A stretch of 64,000 nucleotides of DNA, from assembly GCA_965223545.1 (NCBI GenBank), contig OZ245006.1, positions 2,080,001 through 2,144,000 of the forward strand. Reading direction: 5' to 3'. A model generated the notes under the pieces. It was not told where the DNA came from and ran no database searches. It worked only from the letters and a program-made list of their open reading frames with translations. Both the position numbers and the translations under genes were made by a program. This document shows positions 37,733-47,597 of the stretch, piece after piece; positions within the stretch are counted from its first letter, which is position 1, and each line of letters begins with the position of its first letter. Source of the stretch: Planctomycetota bacterium. GTDB lineage: Bacteria; Planctomycetota; UBA1135; UBA2386.

Positions 37733-37781
37733 GGCGGACGGATGGTGGTGCAAGCCGCGTTCCGCCCGCGCGATCCCACTC

Positions 37782-39008
37782 TCATCCCGCCCAGCCCAGC
37801 CAAACGCCGGTGCCGACGGCCAGGAAGAACGCCAGCGCCGCGCCCAGCGCCAGCGCGGAGGCGTGCCCGTTCGCGAACTCCGGCCCCACGAAGCGTCGCC
37901 GGTTCAGCCACAGCAGGGTCAAGGCGAGCAGCGGGAGGAACGCCGCGCCAAAGACGGCATACGCCTTTTGCATGCTGCGGAACGGAAACCACAGCCCCAC
38001 CAGCGGCAGGGTGGCGAGACCGTACAGGTAGCCGCGGTACGCCGCGCCGCGCGGGTCGACGGCCGCGCCGCCACGCCGAACCCCAAGGTAGTCGGCAAAC
38101 AAGTACGGCACCGACTGCCAGACCCCCAACAGGCTGGAGAACACGGCACCGAAGGCCCCGATCAAGAACGCCACGCGACCGACCTCTCCCAGTGGCTCGA
38201 CCAATCGATCGGCGAGTGCGACCAGCAGGGATGCTCCGCCGCCCCCCACTTCGACGGTGCTGCCGATGATCACCATCGCGACACCGAACACCGCGGTGAC
38301 GCCGTAGCCGACGCCCAGATCGATCCGGCACGCCGTCAGCCCGTCCGCGCCATCGCGCTGCTCCTCGCGCATCCAATAGCCGTAGCACAGCACGGTCAGC
38401 GTGCCGCCGACGCCGCCGATCAACGCCACCGTCCAGCTCAAGCCCTCGCCCTGAGCGTCGGGCACGGTCGGCAAGAACAAGCCGCGCATCACCGCCGGCC
38501 AATCGGGCGCGACCAGCACCGCGGTGGCGACGACGATGACGAACATCACACCGATGCACAGTCGCATCAGCCGCTCGAACACGCGATAGCCACCGAGCTC
38601 CACCAAGACCACGCCGAGCGCGCTGGCGGCGATCCCGAACCACCGTTTGCCGACCTCGACGTCGGCGAATCCGCCGAACAGCGCGTGTGCGGTGACGCCG
38701 CAAGCGCTGACCAGGGCCGAGCCGACGAACCAGCTCCACAGCAACAGATAGGGCAGGAACACCCAGCCCACCCACCGGCCCCCGTGGGTGCAGGCGCCCT
38801 CGAGCAGCGTCTGGCCCGTGGCGAGCTGGTACCGGGCCAACCCCTCGTTGAGCACGAACTTGAGCGCCGCCCCGAGCAACACGGCCCAGAGCACGGCGAC
38901 ACCGATCTGGCTGCCGGTGAACGCCGCCGTGGCCAGGTCACCGGCACCGACGCCCGTGGCAGCGACCAGCAGCCCCGGCCCGATCAGGCGCAGGCGCTGC
39001 CCCGCCAC
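37782..39008 (-). CDS. Nramp family divalent metal transporter
   Basis: IGPGLLVAATGVGAGDL, LKFVLNEGLARYQLATG, LIGGVGGT, AVFSSLLGVWQ; multi-TM. Confidence 0.85.
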   Translation of the reverse strand: MAGQRLRLIGPGLLVAATGVGAGDLATAAFTGSQIGVAVLWAVLLGAALKFVLNEGLARYQLATGQTLLEGACTHGGRWVGWVFLPYLLLWSWFVGSALVSACGVTAHALFGGFADVEVGKRWFGIAASALGVVLVELGGYRVFERLMRLCIGVMFVIVVATAVLVAPDWPAVMRGLFLPTVPDAQGEGLSWTVALIGGVGGTLTVLCYGYWMREEQRDGADGLTACRIDLGVGYGVTAVFGVAMVIIGSTVEVGGGGASLLVALADRLVEPLGEVGRVAFLIGAFGAVFSSLLGVWQSVPYLFADYLGVRRGGAAVDPRGAAYRGYLYGLATLPLVGLWFPFRSMQKAYAVFGAAFLPLLALTLLWLNRRRFVGPEFANGHASALALGAALAFFLAVGTGVWLGWAG

Positions 39009-40232
39009 CTACTCGATCACTTCCACCGACTCGGCGTGCAGCTGGTAGATGTCGACGCAGTAGCCGTCTTCCATCGCCGCCTCGACCACGAACTTGCCGA
39101 CCACCTTGATCGGCTCGAACTGGTAATCGATGCGCGCGTCGCCCTGCATCACGATGCGCACGAGGCCGTTGATGTCCGGCGGTTGGCCGTAGCAGCACGA
39201 CCACAGCGACTGCACCAAGAGGAACTCCTTGATGTTCTCGACCTCGTCGATCGGCAGCATGAAACCGGTCATCATCACGTGGCTGCCATGCAGCTTTTTG
39301 ACCGATGGCGGCATGCCCAGCAGACCGTCCTCGTAGGGCCAGGACTCGAGCTCCTCGAAGGTCAGGATGCGGTCGATCCCGTCGAGCTTGCCCGCCTTGA
39401 TCAGCTCGCGCAGCCGGCGCTCGGCGGCCAACATCGCCTGCGCGCTCTGCATCGCGGCGATGTCCTCCGGGTCGGCGGAGGCCGGCACTTCGTCGACGAC
39501 CGGCGCCGACACCACCGTCTCGCCGACGGCTTTCGCAGCTGGCACCGCCGCGCTGCGCATCGCCGCGACGAGCTCGTCGAGAACGGGGCGCGGCCGCGCG
39601 CCACTGACGACGTCGGTGGCGCCGGCCGCGGGCAAACGCGCCGCGGCCCGCACCTCACCATCGACAATCCATGCCAGGTGGGCACCTTCGCGCTCCCGCG
39701 TCATGCGGTCGAACTCGGCGCGCCGCGCGGGCACCGGTGCACAGGCCAGCACGGCGCCTTCGCCATCCGTGCTGGCCTCGACCCGCACACCCGTCAGGTC
39801 GGCGGCGGTCCAGCGCGGCGCCCGGCGATCGATCGCGATCAGCTCCCACAGCGGAGCCTCTGCGCCGGTCTTCAGCTCGGCCTCGGAGAACAGGGGAACG
39901 GCGGTCACTCCGCCGGCCGCGCGACTGAACACCGGACCGCCGCGCTGCACTGCGTGCGGCAACCACTGCAGGCGCGCGTCGGCGCCGCCCTGCGCCGGCG
40001 AGAGCCGGTTGTACTCGGCGACGCGCTGCGGGTCGGCGCGCAGCCGCGTGGCATTGCCCGCGGTCTGCAGCCAAACGAGCAGCCGCTGCTTCTCGGCGCG
40101 CAGGTCGACGCCCGATGCGCCGTTGGCGGTGACGCCGATCTCGAGCGACGGCCCACCCACCGCCGGCAGGGCCTGCGCCGCCGCGGCAGCGGACAGCGCG
40201 AGGACGGACAAGAGCGTGTGCTGCATCGTCAT
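39009..40232 (-). CDS. secreted protein: SecDF-P1-head-like domain fused to DUF3299 domain
   Basis: Signal peptide; WTAADL...FDRMTREREGAHLAWIVDGEVRAA; C-terminal LHGSHVMMTGFMLP..EFLLV..CCYGQPPDIN..V. Confidence 0.72.
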   Translation of the reverse strand: MTMQHTLLSVLALSAAAAAQALPAVGGPSLEIGVTANGASGVDLRAEKQRLLVWLQTAGNATRLRADPQRVAEYNRLSPAQGGADARLQWLPHAVQRGGPVFSRAAGGVTAVPLFSEAELKTGAEAPLWELIAIDRRAPRWTAADLTGVRVEASTDGEGAVLACAPVPARRAEFDRMTREREGAHLAWIVDGEVRAAARLPAAGATDVVSGARPRPVLDELVAAMRSAAVPAAKAVGETVVSAPVVDEVPASADPEDIAAMQSAQAMLAAERRLRELIKAGKLDGIDRILTFEELESWPYEDGLLGMPPSVKKLHGSHVMMTGFMLPIDEVENIKEFLLVQSLWSCCYGQPPDINGLVRIVMQGDARIDYQFEPIKVVGKFVVEAAMEDGYCVDIYQLHAESVEVIE

Positions 40233-40298
40233 GGATCTCGTCTCACGATATTGCACGCCGGGCCGCAAGAGAAGCGCCGCCGGGCGGCGATCGCCCCT

Positions 40299-41675
40299 TC
40301 AGGAGATCGGGCCGAGATGGTCTGCCACCGGGGTCAGCGATCCCTTAATAGCGGGGAGAACTCCCGCCAGGCCGCCCAGGGCGGTGACGCCCGCGATGAG
40401 CCAAAGCTCGTCCTTCGAGAAACGCGCCCAGTCGATGGCGACGCCGGCGACGTCCTCGATCAGCCCGCCGAAGGCCCACGCCGCGCCATGGCAGGCGAGC
40501 ACCCCCAACGTGGCGCCGACCGCCGACACGAACAGGGCCTCCAGCAAAATGACCCAAATGACCTGGATGCGGCGGGCGCCGAGCGAGCGCATGATCGCGA
40601 TCTCGCGGCGCCGCTCGTTCATCGTGTTGTAGAGCGCGACCAACACAGCGGCCGCCGCCACGATCAGCACGAGCAGGGACACGACCTGCAGCACGTCCTG
40701 GGCGCTGCCGACGATCTCCATCAGCCGGGGGATCTCCTTCTGCGCGAGCGCGACCTGCGCGTCGGGCCGCGTCTGGAAGTACTGCTCCAGGTAGCGCGGG
40801 CCCATGTGGTGACGCGGTTTGACCAGGATCGCACTCAGCAACACGTCGCCGGGTTCGGCATCGACTGCGTCTTGGGCGCGGACCGCGACGTGGTCGTCCA
40901 TCGACAAGAACGTGCCCAGCGGAATGAAGATCGCCCGGTCGATCGGCGAGTTGGTCGGCGCCAGGATGCCGGAGACGACGCAGGAGTAATCGTCGTGCGT
41001 GTGGGCGCCGACCTCGTCTTGCCGGCCGTGCACCGGCACGATCTCGGCACCGAGCCCGAGCCCGAGCCACCGCGACACCTTGGAGCCGATCACCGCCCGG
41101 CGCCAGGCGACCGGGACGTGCATGTGGTGGTCGTGGCCATCGTGACTCTCGCCGGTGGCCTCGTGCTCGGCCATGTGCGCCGCGAGCTCGGCCTTGTCAC
41201 TCGCGAACAGCATCAGGTCCTCGTGCGTGAACTGCCACGGCTCGCCGGCGCTGAACTCGAGGTGCCGGTCCTTGCCCAGCTCGTAGCGCGAGAACATCTC
41301 GTCGGTCGTGCCGATGATCGGCAAGTACCGGTCGCTGTAGGTGTCGCCCCGCGCCTGCGGGATCGCGTAGTGCACGTGGTAGCGCGCAGGCAGCTTGTCC
41401 TCGTGCAGATCGATATAGGTCTGCAGCTTGACCACGCCCTGCGGTGAGCCGAGGTTCAGCGCGGTGCTGGTGACGATCTCCAGCGGCGAGCTGTCCTTCG
41501 AGCCCACGATCGCCGGAAAGCCGCCGATGCTGGCCACGTAGCCGCGCCTGAGCTCGTCCCGCAACAACCACAGCGACGCCAGCAGGCCGGTGCCCAACAA
41601 GATCGACATGCCGGTGAGCACCGACGACAACATCCGCACGCGCAGATTGCGCAGACTGACCGAGACCAGCTTCAC
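40299..41675 (-). CDS. ABC transporter permease (MacB/FtsX type), His-rich
   Basis: SLRNLRVR, IVGSKDSSPL, ILAPTNSPIDRAIF, MNERRREIAIMRSLGA; GTGA overlap with the ATPase. Confidence 0.9.
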   Translation of the reverse strand: MKLVSVSLRNLRVRMLSSVLTGMSILLGTGLLASLWLLRDELRRGYVASIGGFPAIVGSKDSSPLEIVTSTALNLGSPQGVVKLQTYIDLHEDKLPARYHVHYAIPQARGDTYSDRYLPIIGTTDEMFSRYELGKDRHLEFSAGEPWQFTHEDLMLFASDKAELAAHMAEHEATGESHDGHDHHMHVPVAWRRAVIGSKVSRWLGLGLGAEIVPVHGRQDEVGAHTHDDYSCVVSGILAPTNSPIDRAIFIPLGTFLSMDDHVAVRAQDAVDAEPGDVLLSAILVKPRHHMGPRYLEQYFQTRPDAQVALAQKEIPRLMEIVGSAQDVLQVVSLLVLIVAAAAVLVALYNTMNERRREIAIMRSLGARRIQVIWVILLEALFVSAVGATLGVLACHGAAWAFGGLIEDVAGVAIDWARFSKDELWLIAGVTALGGLAGVLPAIKGSLTPVADHLGPIS

Positions 41676-42370
41676 GACGCGCTCCTCAAGTCGGCGAGAT
41701 CGACCGTGCGCTGCATCTGCGCCGCGCTGTCGGGATCGTGAGTCACCATCAAGACCGTCCGCTGGTCCTCCGCCGCCAGCTGCAGCAAGAGCTGCAGGAC
41801 AGCGCGGCCGGTGTCGCGGTCCTGGTTGCCCAACGGCTCGTCGGCGAGCACCAGCTCGGGCTGATTGACGAGTGCCCGGCACATCGCCACCCGCTGCGCC
41901 TGGCCCAGCGACAACTGGTTCGGCCGGTGGTGTATGCGATCGGCGAGGCCGACGCGCTCGAGCAACGCCTCGCCCCAGCGCCGCGAGTCGGCCCCGGAGC
42001 GGCCGGCGAACACCGCGCCGAGCAGCACGTTCTCGAGCGCCGTGAACGGCATCAGCAGGTTGAGCGTCTGGAACACCATGCCGATGTGGCGGGCGCGAAA
42101 GCGGTCGCGCGCCCCCTCCGACATGCGGGTCACGTCGGTGCCGCACACCGCGACGGTGCCGCGGTCCGGCCGCGCGATGCCGGCGATGCAGTTGAGCAGG
42201 GTGGTCTTGCCGAGTCCGGAGCGACCGATCAACGCAACTTGCTCACCGCGCTCGACTTCGAGCGCCTTCACTTCGCACGCCATGACGCGTTCGCCGCCGC
42301 GGTCGTAGGCCTTCTGCAGATCGTGGATCGCGATCGCGATCCGCTGAACGTCGGTAGAAGAGTCAGTCAT
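41672..42370 (-). CDS. ABC transporter ATP-binding protein (LolD/MacB-like)
   Basis: GRSGLGKT, LSLGQAQRV, LADEP, VTHD. Confidence 0.93.
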   Translation of the reverse strand: MTDSSTDVQRIAIAIHDLQKAYDRGGERVMACEVKALEVERGEQVALIGRSGLGKTTLLNCIAGIARPDRGTVAVCGTDVTRMSEGARDRFRARHIGMVFQTLNLLMPFTALENVLLGAVFAGRSGADSRRWGEALLERVGLADRIHHRPNQLSLGQAQRVAMCRALVNQPELVLADEPLGNQDRDTGRAVLQLLLQLAAEDQRTVLMVTHDPDSAAQMQRTVDLADLRSAS

Positions 42371-43482
42371 GAACAGTCGCGCACGGCTTCGAGTTCGGCA
42401 CACAGGCCGGCAACCAGATCGTCGACGCCGAAATCGCCGCGATCCAGCACGCTCCACGTATACGTCTCGACTTCGAGCAACGGATAGGGCGATTGCAAAC
42501 CGCGCAGCACCCGCTGGAGCTCGGCGCGGGTCGAGCCCAGCGGCCCGTCGCGGTCCCAGAACACCGGCACGTGGAAATGGGTGCGCAGCCGACCGGCGGC
42601 CGCGAACTCCGCGCGGCGCGCGGCGACCTCGCTGAGATCGGCGGCCCGCAGACCGGTGTCGCTCGCCGTCTGGTGCAGGTAGCGCGGCTCGTCGAAGGCC
42701 AAGAGGGCATCCAGCGCGTGCTCCGGGGCGCGCAGCTCGAGGCATGACGACACTTGGATCTTGGGCACTGCGACCCCGCGCGCGGCGAGGCCGGCGAGCG
42801 CCAAGAGCGGCTCCTCACCGACCACGAACGCATGGCAGAGGTCGATGCAGACGCCCAGGTGCCGGCGCAACAAGCTCTCGTCGTCGGCGTGACCGCTGGC
42901 GCGGGCAAACACCCAATCCTCGAGGAACGCCGCGGCCTGCGCCGCAGTCTCCAAGACGCAGTCCGGCTCGGGCTCGAGCGCCAACACGCAGCGCACGCCG
43001 TGCACGTCCTCCAGCTCCGCCAGCCGCGCGGCCGCGCGGCGCAGCTGGGCAGCGGACGCGCGCAGATCGACCGCGCCGTGACCGAGGGGGAGACTCGAGA
43101 TCGGCACCGATTCGCCGGCTGCCACCAGCGCACACGCCGCTTCGGCGACGTCCAGCGTGTAGCGCAGCCGGCGCGGGTCGGCCCAATCGGGCGCGTACAC
43201 CGCGTACTTGACGCGCTCGGTGTGGAAGTCGCCGTAGGGAAACGCGTTCGCCGTCCACACCGCGAGCCCGTGCGCGGCCAACTCGGCGCGCACCTGCTCC
43301 TGGCGCGCGACGTCGGCGAGCAGCTCGGCGGCACAGCGCGCGTTCCACCAGACGCCGAGACCGAACGGCGCGGGCTGCTGCGCCGCCACCGGCGCCGCGT
43401 GCGACGCCAACACCGCGAGCCACGCGTCCAGATCCTCCGTCGGGTGGACGTTGCCGCAGTAGGTGATCTTTCGGTCCTGCAT
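42367..43482 (-). CDS. eboE: EboE-like TIM-barrel protein (metabolite traffic protein)
   Basis: TYCGNVHP, NAFPYGDFH..VK..VY.PDW, LEPEPDC, DLCH..V, KIQVS, EPRYLHQ, RTHFHVP, LEVETYTW. Confidence 0.85.
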   Translation of the reverse strand: MQDRKITYCGNVHPTEDLDAWLAVLASHAAPVAAQQPAPFGLGVWWNARCAAELLADVARQEQVRAELAAHGLAVWTANAFPYGDFHTERVKYAVYAPDWADPRRLRYTLDVAEAACALVAAGESVPISSLPLGHGAVDLRASAAQLRRAAARLAELEDVHGVRCVLALEPEPDCVLETAAQAAAFLEDWVFARASGHADDESLLRRHLGVCIDLCHAFVVGEEPLLALAGLAARGVAVPKIQVSSCLELRAPEHALDALLAFDEPRYLHQTASDTGLRAADLSEVAARRAEFAAAGRLRTHFHVPVFWDRDGPLGSTRAELQRVLRGLQSPYPLLEVETYTWSVLDRGDFGVDDLVAGLCAELEAVRDCS

Positions 43483-43601
43483 GACGAAGCGCAGCGACGG
43501 CGGACCATACGCGACCCCTGCGATCAACGCCCGAGCACCGGCAAAAAGCCGGTTTCTTCAACAGCCCCGCTGGCGATGGACGATAGAACGAAACAGACGA
43601 C

Positions 43602-44501
43602 ATGAGCGCGACCCCCCCCGACGACGCGAGCACGCGCCAGGCGCAGCGCGCGGCGCGTATCGAGGCCATCCTCGCTTCGCCCTCCTACCGGCAGGCACAC
43701 ACCGACCAGCTGTTTCTGTCGCGCGAAGAGCTGCGCCCGGTCCGCATCCAGCTCGAGCTGCTCAAACCCGAGCTGATTCTGCAGGATCAAGGCGTGCACT
43801 CCACGATCGTGGTGTTCGGCGGCACCCGCGTCATCGAGCGCCCCCAGGCCGAGGCCCGGTTGGCGGCGGCGGAGGCGGCGCTGGCCGCCGCGCCGGACGA
43901 TCCGGCGCGGCAGCGCGACGTGCGCATCGCCAACAACCTCATCAAGAAGGCGCACTACTACGACGAGGCGCGCGAGCTCGGCCGCCTGGTCAGCTCGAGC
44001 TGCCAGGTCGACGGCCAGTGCGACTACGTGGTCGTCACCGGCGGCGGACCGGGGATCATGGAGGCGGCCAACCGCGGCGCCCACGACGTCGGCGCCAAGA
44101 GCATGGGTCTCAACATCACGATCCCGTTCGAGCAGGAGCCCAACTCGTACATCGCGCCGGAGCTGTGCTTCGAGTTCAAGTACTTCGCCATTCGCAAGAT
44201 GCACTTCCTGATGCGGGCGAAGGCGATGATCGCGTTCCCGGGCGGCTTCGGCACCATGGACGAGCTGTTCGAGACGCTGACGCTGATGCAGACCCAGCGC
44301 ATGGACCGCATTCCGGTGATCCTGTTCGGCCGCGACTACTGGAACAAGCTCGTCAACTGGGACGCGTTCGTCGAGGAGGGCACCATTTCGCCCGACGACC
44401 TCGACATGATCAGCTACGCGGAGTCCGCCCAAGAGGTCTGGCAGATGATCAGCGAGTTCTACGCCGAGCACCCGGCGCCGAAGCTCCCGCGCGGTCAGTA
44501 G
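43602..44501 (+). CDS. LOG family (TIGR00730) Rossmann-fold protein
   Basis: TGGGPGIMEAANRGA, GLNITIPFEQEPN, FAIRKMHF, PGGFGTMDELFE. Confidence 0.92.
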   Translation: MSATPPDDASTRQAQRAARIEAILASPSYRQAHTDQLFLSREELRPVRIQLELLKPELILQDQGVHSTIVVFGGTRVIERPQAEARLAAAEAALAAAPDDPARQRDVRIANNLIKKAHYYDEARELGRLVSSSCQVDGQCDYVVVTGGGPGIMEAANRGAHDVGAKSMGLNITIPFEQEPNSYIAPELCFEFKYFAIRKMHFLMRAKAMIAFPGGFGTMDELFETLTLMQTQRMDRIPVILFGRDYWNKLVNWDAFVEEGTISPDDLDMISYAESAQEVWQMISEFYAEHPAPKLPRGQ

Positions 44502-44666
44502 CACCGCCGCCGAGCCATGTGGCGACGTCCGTCAAATCAGCGTTCCGGATCGAGGGTGCCGCCGGTGCCACGGCGCCGTTGGCGCGGCGGTCCCGCCCGA
44601 ACCAGCGATCGCGCCGTCGCAACTCCGACCAGCCGGACATTGCCAAAGGCAGCGCAGAGGACAGAA

Positions 44667-44741
44667 TGGAGCGGGTGATGAGATTTGAACTCACGACCCT
44701 CACGTTGGCAACGTGATGCTCTACCACTGAGCTACACCCGC
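44667..44741 (-). tRNA. tRNA-Gly (anticodon GCC), CCA encoded
   Basis: Reverse complement GCGGGTGTAGCTCAGTGGTAGAGCATCACGTTGCCAACGTGAGGGTCGTGAGTTCAAATCTCATCACCCGCTCCA folds as a cloverleaf. Confidence 0.97.
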
Positions 44742-44880
44742 TCGCCGGTGTCCGCCGGTCGGAGGCCGGCGGCGTGAGGCGGGTCATCGAAGCGAGTCCC
44801 CGATGGAAGTCAAGAGCCGATTCCCGGAACACCGTTCGCCGAACGACCACGACCGGCTGGCGCCGCCGACCCCGTCGCCC

Positions 44881-46683
44881 GTGACGTATCCGCAGACGTT
44901 CGGCCAGCTGCTCGAGCGCAGCGCCGAGCGCTTTGGCGACCGCACGTTCCTGCCCCGCCAGCATGCCCGGGGCGGCGAGCCGGTCAGCTTCCGCGCCCTG
45001 CGGGACGAGGTCCGCACCCTGGCCGCGGGACTGGCATCGCTGGGGATCTCGCACGGCGATCGGGTCGCCCTGATCTCGGAGAACCGCGCGGCGTGGCTCG
45101 CCGCCGACCTGGCGATCGCGTCCCTCGGCGCGGTCGACGTACCGCGCGGGGTCGACACGGCCCCCGCGGAGCTCGCCTTCATCCTGCGCCACTCGGCGGC
45201 GCGGCTCGCGTTGGTGGAGAACGATGCGGTCGCCGGCGAGCTGGCCCGACTCCGCGCCGAGTTGCCGGCGCTCGAGGGGATCGGCTCGCTGCAGGAGCAG
45301 ACCGAGGTCGAGGGTGTCGACTCGTTGGCCGCGTTGCGGCGCCGCGGCGAGCGGTGGCTGGCCGACCACCGCGGCGAGCTCGAGGCGCGCGCCTCGGCAG
45401 TCAGCGGCGACGACCTGCTCACCATCGTCTACACGAGCGGGACCACCGCCGAACCCAAGGGCGTGATGCTCACCCACGGCAACGTGCTGAGCAACGTGCG
45501 CACCGTCAACATGGTGCTCGACCTCGGTGCCAGCGACCGGTTCTTGTCTGCCCTGCCCCCGTGGCACATGTACGAGCGGATGATGGACTACGTCGCCCTC
45601 GCGGTCGGCGCCGAGCTCGTCTACACCGATCGCCGCCGCATCAAGGAAGACCTCGGCGCGATGCGGCCCACGCTGTTCGCCGCGGTGCCGCGGATCTGGG
45701 AGACCATCTATGACGGCATCGTCGGCCACACCAACAAGCTGCCGCCGGCCAAACGCAAGATGATGCTCGGCGTGCTGCAGCTGTGCCAGCGCGTCGGCGG
45801 ACGCCGGGCGAACTGGCGGGACCGCGCCACGCACCGCCTGCTGCGAGCGACCCTGCTACCCAAGTTCCAACGGATCACCGGCGGCCGTCTGCGCCTGGCA
45901 GTGTCCGGCGGTGGCGCCCTACCCTCGCACGTCGACGAGACCCTGCTCGGCCTCGGCATCCCGATCTGCAACGGCTACGGCCTGACCGAGACCAGCCCGG
46001 TGATTTCGGTGCGCACCCCGGAGACCAACCGCGGCGGCACCATCGGCCACCCGCTGCCGGAGACGAGGGTTGAAATCCGCGGCGCCGACGGCGCCGCGCT
46101 CCCTCCCGGCGACAGCGGCGTCATCTGGGTGCGCGGACCCTGCGTCATGCGCGGCTACTACCAAAACCCGGAGCGCACCGCCGACGCGCTGCGTGACGGC
46201 TGGTTCAACACCGGCGACCTCGGCCACATCGAGCCCGACGGCCAGCTTTGCATCACCGGTCGCGCCAAGGACACGATCGTTCTGGCCAGCGGCGAGAACG
46301 TGGAGCCCGAGCCGGTGGAGGGTGCGATCGTCAAGTCGCGGTGGATCCAGCAGGCGGTGGTCGTCGGGCAGGACCGGAAGTCGCTCGGCGCGCTGCTGGT
46401 GCTGGCGGACGCAGCCGAAGAAGCGGTGCCGCGCAGCGAGTGGCAAGTCGAGGGCGACTTGGTGCAGGCGGCAAGGCTGCACCAGCTGCTGCGGCCCGAG
46501 CTCGATCGTCTGCTCGACCGCGCCAACGGCTTTCGGCCCAGTGAACGAGTCTCCGCGTTCGCCATCCTGCATCAACCGATGAGCCCGGAGAACGGACTCG
46601 CGACGCAGACCCTGAAAATCAAGCGCCACGTCGTGGCCGAGCGGTTCGCCGACGTGATTGCCGCGCTGTTCGAGCGGTCGTGA
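44881..46683 (+). CDS. fadD: long-chain fatty acid--CoA ligase (AMP-dependent synthetase)
   Basis: YTSGTTAEPKGVMLTHGN, AVPRIWE, SGGGAL, GYGLTETSP, WFNTGDLG, ITGRAKDTIVLASGENVEP, TLKIKR; alternative start 44803. Confidence 0.9.
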   Translation: MTYPQTFGQLLERSAERFGDRTFLPRQHARGGEPVSFRALRDEVRTLAAGLASLGISHGDRVALISENRAAWLAADLAIASLGAVDVPRGVDTAPAELAFILRHSAARLALVENDAVAGELARLRAELPALEGIGSLQEQTEVEGVDSLAALRRRGERWLADHRGELEARASAVSGDDLLTIVYTSGTTAEPKGVMLTHGNVLSNVRTVNMVLDLGASDRFLSALPPWHMYERMMDYVALAVGAELVYTDRRRIKEDLGAMRPTLFAAVPRIWETIYDGIVGHTNKLPPAKRKMMLGVLQLCQRVGGRRANWRDRATHRLLRATLLPKFQRITGGRLRLAVSGGGALPSHVDETLLGLGIPICNGYGLTETSPVISVRTPETNRGGTIGHPLPETRVEIRGADGAALPPGDSGVIWVRGPCVMRGYYQNPERTADALRDGWFNTGDLGHIEPDGQLCITGRAKDTIVLASGENVEPEPVEGAIVKSRWIQQAVVVGQDRKSLGALLVLADAAEEAVPRSEWQVEGDLVQAARLHQLLRPELDRLLDRANGFRPSERVSAFAILHQPMSPENGLATQTLKIKRHVVAERFADVIAALFERS

Positions 46684-47597
46684 GCACACCGGCCAAGACC
46701 GCGGCACCGGTGCCGGTCGACTTCTTCTGCGTCGGCGGTGACAAGTGCGGCTCGACCTGGCTGAGCGAGATGCTGCGCCAGCATCCGCAGCTCAACGTCG
46801 CCGACAACAAAGAGCCACACTTCTTCACCGACAAGTGGAACTGGCACCGCGGCTGGGACTGGTACGGCCGCAACTGGAGCCGCGAGGGAGGGGTTCGGGG
46901 CGAGTTCTCGACCAGCTACATCCACTGTCGCTTCGCGCTCGAACGGATCGCCGCCCACTATCCAAACGCCAAGATCATCGTCCTCTTGCGGCATCCGCTG
47001 CAGCGCTCGATCTCCCAGCTCAAGCACTTGCTGCGCTCGCCCGAGAACCGCGCGTTGGCCCGCGGCGGAACCGCCGAGGAGTACGCGGAGTTCTTGGTCA
47101 AGCACCGCATGGTGATCCGCTGCAGTAAGTTCTCCTTCTGGTTCGACGTCATGGCGGAGCGGATCCCGCCCGAACGGGTCAAGGTCTTCTACTTCGAGCA
47201 GATTCGCGACGAGCCGGAACGCGTCATCGCGGAGGCATTCGCGCTGCTTGGCGTCGATGCGGAGTTCCGACCCACCCAACCGGATGCCGTGCGCAACCGC
47301 GGGTTCGTGCCGAAGAGCTATTGGCTCGAGGCCGTGCGCGAGCGCACCTTCAGGTTCTTGGAGAAGTACGAGCTGTACGGCGCGATCCACTGGGTCAAGC
47401 GCTCCGGCTTGCCCGGCCTGCTGCGCCGCGCCAACTCCGGCACCACCGACGAGAGCAACATGCGGCAAGCGCTGCTGGCGTCCGTGCCCGAATTCATCGA
47501 TGATCTAGAGCGGCTCCGCGACAACCCGCTGATCCCGGATTCGCGCTACTTGGATCAGTGGGCCCGGGAATTGCGCGAAACCGCTGCTCGACAATGA
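46680..47597 (+). CDS. sulfotransferase
   Basis: GGDKCGSTWL (PAPS loop), KEPHFF, GEFSTSY, LLRHPLQRSIS; GTGA overlap with the ligase. Confidence 0.88.
   Translation: MSTPAKTAAPVPVDFFCVGGDKCGSTWLSEMLRQHPQLNVADNKEPHFFTDKWNWHRGWDWYGRNWSREGGVRGEFSTSYIHCRFALERIAAHYPNAKIIVLLRHPLQRSISQLKHLLRSPENRALARGGTAEEYAEFLVKHRMVIRCSKFSFWFDVMAERIPPERVKVFYFEQIRDEPERVIAEAFALLGVDAEFRPTQPDAVRNRGFVPKSYWLEAVRERTFRFLEKYELYGAIHWVKRSGLPGLLRRANSGTTDESNMRQALLASVPEFIDDLERLRDNPLIPDSRYLDQWARELRETAARQ

Noticed and set aside
37278..41447. 1389-aa plus-strand ORF
   Set aside because: Antisense shadow of the Nramp, DUF3299 and permease genes; no motifs; stop codons are scarce in high-GC DNA
44667..44741. tRNA-Gly as an island or prophage attachment site
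   Set aside because: No integrase and no duplicated tRNA 3' end noticed in the window; flanks look like housekeeping genes
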